Source: a virus. Taken from it: a DNA stretch of 64,000 nt. The DNA lies in IMG/VR virus record IMGVR_UViG_3300037454_000906, positions 32,001 through 96,000 of that record. One strand, given 5' to 3'. Below the pieces are notes generated by a model. The model was not told where the DNA came from and did no database searches. It was given only the letters and a program-made list of their open reading frames with translations. The translations under genes and the position numbers were made by a program. Each line of letters opens with the position of its first letter. Within the stretch, counting starts at the first letter, position 1. Shown piece by piece: positions 49,781-56,345 of this stretch.

Positions 49781-50791
49781 GATGTAACTCCTTTTGATGA
49801 ACATGCCCACGATGCGACGCCAGGTCCCACCAAGGGCGGGACTGTGGTCACATGGTGGCCCCCAAGCAAAACACTGACCCGCAGGAGGCCGTAGGGCTAT
49901 CGCATACCAAATCCGGTGCCCCCATGTAGCATTCCGCCTCCATGCTTAACTCGTCCTCCATGAGGTCCGTGTCAAGTTCGCATCGTGCATCTAGTTCGGT
50001 AACCATGCGTGCCTCCTCGGGTTGAACGGGCCCACGCTGTGCCGCCGGACCCCACCGACCGCGGGACACCGGACGCACGGCGGGTGCAAGTTCCTGGGGA
50101 CCGAAAGGCCGTATAGGGAACATGGGGCACAATTGAGCACCATGGTAGCGTCCTCGGTTCCCCCGGTGTCCCCAGGGTCCCGCGGGGTGACCCCCGCGCC
50201 CACGGTGTCCCACCGGCGGGCGCGCCCGCCGGGACGCGAGGGGGACATGGCCGGGAAAAAATCAAAATCAAAACCTGGGGGTCACATTTTGGAAAATGGC
50301 GATCTCCGCTTTGCCCCGATTTCAAAAAATTTACCCGGTAGGGGGGTACGGGGGTTTCCGGCGGCCCTTTGTAAACATTTGTAAACATTTTCCGGGGGTA
50401 ACTGGCCCCAAAAAATCAAAAACTTTTTTAACCCGGTACCGGGTACCCTAAGTTTGAATGAATGATGTCTAATTAACGAAAAAAAATTTTTGGGGGGTGG
50501 GGGTCTGCATATTTTTATGAATAATATAAGCTGTATTATAGATACAGTGGGGGTTATCAACAGCTAACCTAAAATCTACCTAAATTTACTCAATTTTACC
50601 GAAATCGGCAAGTATTTTAGTGCATTTTAGGTTGAAAATCGACATAAAATTTTGTACATTGTTATAAACTTGATATATAACGGTTCGATGAATTAGTCGT
50701 GTTCTTCGTCGAGCTATAGTGGAAACCATTTCGATGGCTCGTTTGGAATTGAACACGACAATAAGTTCCTTACGAGCCATTTCTGTATTGT

Positions 50792-52528
50792 ATGAGCAAG
50801 CATTGTTGGACATTGAAGGATCGGTATGAGTCGCAGTTCTCCGCTGCGTTCTATCCTATTCTATTGTCCGACACCAAGCGTGCCGAAATTACCCATCGTG
50901 CGGGGGAAATCCGTTCCGTAAGGAACGACATATCGGAAGTGTTCTTCTCGGATATGCTCGGCTTCCAGGATATGAGCAAGTTCGAGGCCTTTAACTTTTT
51001 CAATCCGACATTCAATACACGCCTATCTGGCCACTACTTGAAGAAGGCTATCGAGGATGTCTGGAAGGCATACCAATTACGGTTCGATGCGATCCGCAGG
51101 AAGATTGAGTTCGTCAAGGTTGAAGAGCTGGTTCCATCCTTTTACAAGATAAACACCCATGGGCATAGGAAAGGCGACCTTAAATCTATTGAAGTTCATA
51201 CCAAGAAGACAGAACTTACCAAAGTGCTGACTTGGCTTGCTCGATACGGCAAGAATGAAACCGTCTATTGGCTTGAATCCGTTATTCCTACCGTAGTAGA
51301 ATCCAAGCAGAAGTTCTATCGAGCTATACTTGATAAGATACGCAAATTTGGGTTTGACCGCCTCATGCGGTTGGCGCGGTCAAGAAGAACATCTGTATTT
51401 GCCGAATACGAGAAGCGTGGCAAGATTACCTTTGAATCGCTTACATTCTCTGGCCGTAGTCGTATCAAGCGTCCTATCGTGGATGCTCGCAGGAACGAGA
51501 CTGGTAAGTTCGATTACTTCATCGAGATTTCCTGGGATTGGAATGACCAAGGCTACCGTGGTGACAGCAAGAACACGCTATGCATGCCGTTCAAGTATAA
51601 CAAGGCATACCACCGTTCGTTGAACCGCTACTGCAACGGAACCGATACATCCTATACGATGGTAGTCCGAGGAAAGGACATCCATGTAGTTCTCGCAAGG
51701 GACGGCTACCGCTATAAGAATACTGACGAGATTACCGAAGAAAATACCGTCGGAATAGATGTCAATTCCAAGCACAACATGTTCGCATTGAGTACCGGTG
51801 AGTTCATCCCGAACGACGATGCCTTGATTGCCGACCTTGAAACCGAGTTGCTCAAGATAGACCGGAAGCAGAAGAACTACAACGTCAAATTCAAGGAAGA
51901 CGAAGAGCATGAAGCGTTCAAGATATCCAAGAAGGACAAGGCTCGCATCGAAGCTATTACATTGAAGCTGAACGAGTCCAACAAGCGAGCTATCGTACTG
52001 CTTTGCCAAGCATTTGCCGCTAAAGGAATCAAGCACATCGCAATGGAGAACCTCGATGGTTTCCAAGGCAGAAGGCTCCATGCTGATGACTCAAAAGGAT
52101 TTAATCTAGGAAGGTTGCATCTAAGGACTGGACTATCCTCGTTGAAGGACGAGTTCATCCATATTGCACCGCATTACGGACTGTCGGTTTCACTTGTGCA
52201 ACCCGAATACACTTCCAAGATGTGCGGTGAGTGCGGTTGCATCGACGACCGGAACCGCCAGACACAAGAAGAATTTTGCTGTGTTGAATGCCATCATGCG
52301 GAAAACGCGGATATTCATTCAGCCAAGAATATTAAAGTCCGTCTTACCTCGACCGTGTTAAGAGGGAACTTGCTCGAAAGGGCAGGGGATAGCGGATATA
52401 GGTACTTCCAGCCAAAGAGCTTGTTCAGGTGGCAAGTAAGGAAGTGCCTAGAAAAATGCCGTTGCGATGGTCTTCTCAAACGGACCATAGGAAATCACGA
52501 AAACCTTACTGTGAGTAGGTTTGAGTAG
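50792..52528 (+). CDS. tnpB: TnpB RNA-guided RuvC endonuclease (large, 578 aa)
   Basis: RuvC-I VGIDVN, RuvC-II IAMENL, V.PEYTSK.C..C...C..C Zn finger, RuvC-III NADIHSAKNI; all catalytic residues present. Confidence 0.92.
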   Translation: MSKHCWTLKDRYESQFSAAFYPILLSDTKRAEITHRAGEIRSVRNDISEVFFSDMLGFQDMSKFEAFNFFNPTFNTRLSGHYLKKAIEDVWKAYQLRFDAIRRKIEFVKVEELVPSFYKINTHGHRKGDLKSIEVHTKKTELTKVLTWLARYGKNETVYWLESVIPTVVESKQKFYRAILDKIRKFGFDRLMRLARSRRTSVFAEYEKRGKITFESLTFSGRSRIKRPIVDARRNETGKFDYFIEISWDWNDQGYRGDSKNTLCMPFKYNKAYHRSLNRYCNGTDTSYTMVVRGKDIHVVLARDGYRYKNTDEITEENTVGIDVNSKHNMFALSTGEFIPNDDALIADLETELLKIDRKQKNYNVKFKEDEEHEAFKISKKDKARIEAITLKLNESNKRAIVLLCQAFAAKGIKHIAMENLDGFQGRRLHADDSKGFNLGRLHLRTGLSSLKDEFIHIAPHYGLSVSLVQPEYTSKMCGECGCIDDRNRQTQEEFCCVECHHAENADIHSAKNIKVRLTSTVLRGNLLERAGDSGYRYFQPKSLFRWQVRKCLEKCRCDGLLKRTIGNHENLTVSRFE

Positions 52529-52542
52529 ATTTCAGTCAACGG
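52350..52542 (+). ncRNA. Predicted omegaRNA (reRNA) scaffold of the tnpB element
   Basis: Overlaps the tnpB 3' end and right end, as is typical for TnpB systems; homologous blocks are conserved in the three mini-elements. Confidence 0.6.
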
Positions 52543-52668
52543 TAGCATGCATGTCGTCGGGCACGGTAATCATGTCCCGGAGGAACTTGCACAGTTCAGG
52601 GAAAGTTGTCGGCATGCGCTTGACTAAGTCGGATAACACCGGATTGTATATTTTATCCATATGACGCC

Positions 52669-53169
52669 TCATATGCACTTGACGATTGTACCGTTGTATG
52701 TTCCCAGTTCCATCATGTCCCTGATGGCGGCTTCCCTGGTGTCGGCAAACGATATAACGTACCGTTCGTCGAGGTCGTAAACATCGTAGCCTTTGTTGGT
52801 TTTCCGGATGGCGAACCTGGCGGACTGGATGGAATAGCACGGCTTTCCGGTTTCGGTGAACAGGTCGGCCTCACGGAAAGGTTCCTGGAGCCAGTCGAGC
52901 AGGGCTTTGGCACCGACCATGGCGTCATAGAATGTCTTGAACCTGGCGAAAGCGAGGAACACGAACTGGCTCCGGTGTAATCCGTCGCCCCTGGACCTGG
53001 GGATGGCGGGGTTGTCATCCCTGAGAGCCAGCGAGAAGTACCCGTTGTGCCTGTCGACCACCTTGATTTTAGTGTGCTTGGGGGACCATAGGCGCCAGTT
53101 CTTGTTGGCGTAAAATGGTCGTTGTGAGTCGTGTTTTGCAATGATGTGCTCAATTACGCCGCTCATCAT
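52669..53169 (-). CDS. Hypothetical protein
   Basis: 166 aa, coupled to the upstream gene. Confidence 0.7.
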   Translation of the reverse strand: MMSGVIEHIIAKHDSQRPFYANKNWRLWSPKHTKIKVVDRHNGYFSLALRDDNPAIPRSRGDGLHRSQFVFLAFARFKTFYDAMVGAKALLDWLQEPFREADLFTETGKPCYSIQSARFAIRKTNKGYDVYDLDERYVISFADTREAAIRDMMELGTYNGTIVKCI

Positions 53170-53969
53170 AGTTTGCCCCCGTTGATATTCTTCAAGGCGT
53201 ATTCCGGCCGGTTGAATTCCGCACGGGAAAGCATCTTGTTGAACCGTGTCAGTTCCCTGGTGATGTAGGACTTCATGTTCTTCATGTTGCTCTTCAGTGG
53301 GCCCCTATACGTGTTGGACATGGATACCTGGAAGTTGTGGACGTACACGACGGTAGACAGCGACTCGGAATGCTTGAAACCGAACGTGCCGTCCTTCTTG
53401 ATGGTCGGTTCACCGGTTACCCAGAGATCCATGTATCCTTCCCCCGTGATGTTGAGCCGCATCCCAACACTCTTGTGGTCATCGGTGAAGATGGTACTGA
53501 TACGGTAGTCGCGTTTCGTATCTTGTTCAGATAAAGTGGCGAAGTCCTTAGAGACACATTCGGTGGCCGCCTTGTAGATGAGCTGCAGGATCCAGATCTG
53601 CCATGCAGGGGGCGTGATTGCGGTGTCGGGAGCGGTGAACACCGGGTTCATGTCAGCCATGAACAGGGTGAAGTGCAGGTTGTGGAATGCGTTAAGGAGG
53701 TTCACATCCCACGGTAAGTTCTTCATCTTAAAAACGGCGCGATCCCGGAGGGGCATGCAGTATTTGTATGCCTCGAACGTGGACATGATGGGGGTCATCG
53801 AACCGTTGGCCATGTAGTTGACCAGGTAAGTCGTTGTGCGGGCAGATGCACTGGCGGGGAGGTCACTGTCAGGTTCGAACATTGTGCCCACGTCATCATC
53901 AGACGGGTGCCACTCACCATCCAGGTCACCCCTGGTCCAGTTCAAACGATTTTCTTCGATAAAGTCCAT
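53166..53969 (-). CDS. Hypothetical protein
   Basis: 267 aa, GGAGG RBS. Confidence 0.8.
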   Translation of the reverse strand: MDFIEENRLNWTRGDLDGEWHPSDDDVGTMFEPDSDLPASASARTTTYLVNYMANGSMTPIMSTFEAYKYCMPLRDRAVFKMKNLPWDVNLLNAFHNLHFTLFMADMNPVFTAPDTAITPPAWQIWILQLIYKAATECVSKDFATLSEQDTKRDYRISTIFTDDHKSVGMRLNITGEGYMDLWVTGEPTIKKDGTFGFKHSESLSTVVYVHNFQVSMSNTYRGPLKSNMKNMKSYITRELTRFNKMLSRAEFNRPEYALKNINGGKL

Positions 53970-53970
53970 G

Positions 53971-54270
53971 TTATTCCTCCGTGCACTCGATTGTTTCCGG
54001 GTATGGGTAGTTTTCCATGGCGCCGCTTCCGCTATGATGTCCGGGGCGCGGGTGATGGTAGGAGAAGTTATTGCCTATCTTGCACCTGAGCTTCTTCGCC
54101 GGCACCTGTGTCTCGATGCAGACGGCATCGAGGGTTCTCCCCCTGTGATAGAATGCAGAGAGGATTTTTGACTTTGCGGCCTCGCACTGCTGCAATGTTG
54201 GGAATTTGAGGTCGGCGTTGGCCGAGTAGCCGTTGATGGAAAATACGAGAATGAATATTGCTTTTACCAT
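53971..54270 (-). CDS. Small secreted or membrane-anchored Cys protein
   Basis: Hydrophobic N-terminus, four Cys; AAGGA RBS. Confidence 0.7.
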   Translation of the reverse strand: MVKAIFILVFSINGYSANADLKFPTLQQCEAAKSKILSAFYHRGRTLDAVCIETQVPAKKLRCKIGNNFSYHHPRPGHHSGSGAMENYPYPETIECTEE

Positions 54271-54274
54271 TTTG

Positions 54275-55420
54275 TTATCCTTCGTACCAGGGTTTGAGAA
54301 CTTCCATTTTCATTTCGCTAAAACGGGGTGAAGCGTTGCGGAATCCCAGATCGTATGTCTTGTCCACGCGCTTTTGGATCATGTCCTTGGCGATGCGTTC
54401 GGCTTCTTCCGGGGTAGTTGCACTGACCTTGACATGCACGTTGGCCACGACCGGGACTGTGAAGCGGTAGTTCACAACAGGATCCGGACGTTCGAACTTG
54501 GAGATGTCTACAAGGTAATCGTCAATCTGGCGCACTTTCGCACGTTCAGGCTTCTTGCTCCATGATTCCATGCTCTTGTACTCTTCCTCAAATTCCATGC
54601 TCTTGTACTCTTCCTCAATCCAGTCCTTTACCACTCCGCGCCCGTATTCGGCCAGTTCGTCATAGGACATCCCGAATAGCTTCTTCGGCACTTCGAGTGT
54701 ACAGGGGCCGTGATGAAAGGGCCATTCGACATCTACCTTGATATAGTCGGAATCTTCTGGGGTACCGAACAGGTAAAACCCGGTAAACACGATGTCATCC
54801 TCGTGATTCCACCTTCCACCGTGGAGAGTATTGAGACGAAGGCGGGACACGACGACGATTGGCCAAATAACCTTATTGGCAAGAGCTTGGTATTCATGTC
54901 GCAGATTGTGGACCTTTTTGTCCTTGAAATCATCTAAATCCTTACCCTCGTACGGCTTGATTGCATCGTTGAACTTGGCGAGGATATCTTTGAGCTTCGC
55001 ATACAATGTGGCGTAGTCGGGAAATTCCTTGCGGTTTTCCTCGATTTGCGTGCGCAACTTTTCCACTTCGGCGCGATAGGAAATCTGTACTCCCTCGATG
55101 GCCTTCAGGATTGGCTTACGGAGATACGGGCTGTACACGCCCTTGGCGCAGCCGCGCTTGTTAGAGCTCGGGGAATACTCCCTGGTTGTCAGCATGGCAT
55201 ACGGGATACGGCAGTCTGGATTATATTCCGGGCCATCGAACCTGACATACCACTTGTCCATGGATAGCCAAGCAATCTGGATTCCATACCAGGTGACGGT
55301 ACCCGTATCCGCATCGCATAGACCAAATTCGTTTACCGAAATTCCGGGGATGTCCCCGATGGTTTCCCTGGCGGTCTTTATCGCCTGTTTTACAATAGGA
55401 TTGTTGCTCTCTGTACTCAT
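54275..55420 (-). CDS. Hypothetical protein (MSTESNN...)
   Basis: Start after AAGGA; ~381 aa; sigma70-type promoter upstream. Confidence 0.8.
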   Translation of the reverse strand: MSTESNNPIVKQAIKTARETIGDIPGISVNEFGLCDADTGTVTWYGIQIAWLSMDKWYVRFDGPEYNPDCRIPYAMLTTREYSPSSNKRGCAKGVYSPYLRKPILKAIEGVQISYRAEVEKLRTQIEENRKEFPDYATLYAKLKDILAKFNDAIKPYEGKDLDDFKDKKVHNLRHEYQALANKVIWPIVVVSRLRLNTLHGGRWNHEDDIVFTGFYLFGTPEDSDYIKVDVEWPFHHGPCTLEVPKKLFGMSYDELAEYGRGVVKDWIEEEYKSMEFEEEYKSMESWSKKPERAKVRQIDDYLVDISKFERPDPVVNYRFTVPVVANVHVKVSATTPEEAERIAKDMIQKRVDKTYDLGFRNASPRFSEMKMEVLKPWYEG

Positions 55421-55438
55421 ATTAGTTTCCTTGTACAA

Positions 55439-55467
55439 AATGTAGCAAAAAGGGCCCGGTTTGACAA
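55439..55467 (-). promoter_or_regulatory. Sigma70-type promoter with extended -10
   Basis: TTGTCA-N17-TACATT with TG immediately upstream (TGC-TACATT). Confidence 0.7.
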
Positions 55468-55475
55468 CCGGACCC
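55447..55475 (-). terminator. Intrinsic terminator at the trailer end of the CRISPR array
   Basis: GGGTCCGGTT-GTCA-AACCGGGCCC-TTTTT; overlaps the -35 box of the next promoter. Confidence 0.7.
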
Positions 55476-55514
55476 ATGTGTCAAGATTTGTTGACATGCT
55501 ACGACTAACATTCT

Positions 55515-55991
55515 GTCGTCCCCGGGCTTCAAACTACGCCCGGTTCGAGCAAGATTCTGGAACGCAACGGCTGCTGTCCTCGGGTTTCAAACTACGCCCG
55601 GTTCGAGCTTCAGACCTAAAAATGCCCATTTTAGGGTGCTGTCTCCGGGCTTCAAACTACGCCCGGTTCGAGCAGTCGGAAAAATACATGTACAAACTGC
55701 CTGGCTGTCTCCAAGTTTCAAACTACACCCGGTTCGAGCGCCTCTTAAAATACCCCAGCTGTCCCCGGGTTTCAAACTACACCCGGTTCGAGCTTAACTG
55801 ACAGAACATCTTCTGTCCAGCCTGCTGTCCCTGGGTTTCAAACTACACCCGGTTCGAGCTAACAACGATGTAATAGGTGTCACTTGGGGGCTGTCCCTGG
55901 GTTTCAGACTACACCCGGTTCGAGCGAACTTTTACGGCCTTCTCGCTTTGATGATGCTGTCCCTGGGTTTCAGACTACACCCGGTTCGAGC
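55515..55991 (-). CRISPR. CRISPR array: 8 repeats (36 nt) and 7 spacers
   Basis: Repeat on + strand GCTGTCCCCGGGTTTCAAACTACACCCGGTTCGAGC at 55515, 55573, 55638, 55704, 55758, 55824, 55890, 55956; spacers of 22, 29, 30, 18, 30, 30, 30 nt. The degenerate repeat and terminator on the left imply minus-strand transcription (GCTCGAACCGGGTGTAGTTTGAAACCCGGGGACAGC, with CCGGGT/ACCCGG stem). Confidence 0.97.
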
Positions 55992-56027
55992 ACATTTTGC
56001 ATAAGTCCCCGTTGGCCAAATAGTTAA

Positions 56028-56313
56028 CCGTTAACTGAAACCTACCTAAATCTACCAAGAGATAGACTTATGTGATTTCCTACCTTGCCCATCACTGGGT
56101 AGGCCGTAACGGCACTTAATCAACCGTATCTACGCGATATACCTAATATGCATCAAGCAACACGGCTGACTTGCCTAGTCCTACTCCATTACTGAAGAGC
56201 CTTAACACGGTCGGCATATCAAACTAGGCATTATTAAATATACATTATTTCCATTGCATATTTAAGTATGTTTAGTTAAATTTTATTAACATTTTCATTA
56301 ACAGCTAACAACC
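56028..56313 (-). mobile_element. IS607-type mini-element copy 3, in the CRISPR leader
   Basis: Near-identical to copy 1; lies 32 bp after the cas stop and 36 bp before the first repeat, co-oriented with both. Confidence 0.88.
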
Positions 56314-56345
56314 CACATAAAATAATAAAAAACTGGCATTCAAGA

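Larger units (their letters stand above)
583..50082 (-). repeat. Dispersed ~50-bp fixed-length GC-rich motif (~65 copies), one upstream of the RBS of most genes or operons; probable phage promoter/regulatory module
   Basis: + strand consensus approx CCCACG-(A/T/C)TGTNNNNCCGG-NNCCNACC-N6-GGGACNCCGGN-ACACGG, lying to the right of the ctcctt (minus-strand AAGGAG) RBS. The gap between the CCCACG-like box and the ACACGG-like box is 38 nt in all six copies counted (585, 7187, 11265, 24142, 40181, 45061). Approximate starts: 585,1563,1867,2243,3472,4444,5148,5994,6714,7187,7777,8275,8661,8980,10002,11265,12849,13419,14361,15614,18078,18826,20303,21161,23260,24142,25032,25712,26696,27622,28399,29470,30276,30976,31677,32288,33041,33416,34055,34776,35607,36547,37354,37904,38403,38999,40181,40843,41489,42128,42804,43476,44011,44490,45061,45569,46337,46801,47349,47744,48354,48900,49283,49806,50030. 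Confidence 0.9.
50552..52542 (+). mobile_element. Non-autonomous IS607-family element carrying tnpB (no tnpA seen)
   Basis: Starts GGTTATCAACAGCTAACC and ends GATTTCAGTCAACGG, so GG at both ends; short ACCTAAA-type repeats at the left end; contains the only convincing + strand gene. Confidence 0.75.

Noticed and set aside
583-50082. Classical integron attC array or a CRISPR array
   Set aside because: No RYYYAAC/GTTRRRY cores, no integrase in the window, fixed rather than variable length, and units are separated by whole genes. An integron-analogous role is kept only as an alternative hypothesis.
3779-50213. N-terminal extensions such as MCHVSPDRG, MPTVC, VPGVP, WDP in many ORF-track proteins
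   Set aside because: They are read-through translations of the dispersed motif. True starts follow the AAGGAG RBS.
50586-50813. ORF upstream of tnpB as a possible tnpA
   Set aside because: Wrong strand, 75 aa, with no serine-recombinase or HUH motifs.
55478-55801. 107-aa ORF with repeated ASNYARFEQ
   Set aside because: It is a translation of the CRISPR repeats.
55515-55991. Type II-C or VI-B assignment from the 36-nt repeat and 30-nt spacer geometry
   Set aside because: The adjacent protein has a C-terminal split RuvC; no HNH or HEPN (RxxxxH) motifs were recognised.
56028-56313. Classical tracrRNA anti-repeat
   Set aside because: No extended complementarity to the repeat was seen by eye, and the element also occurs twice far from the array.
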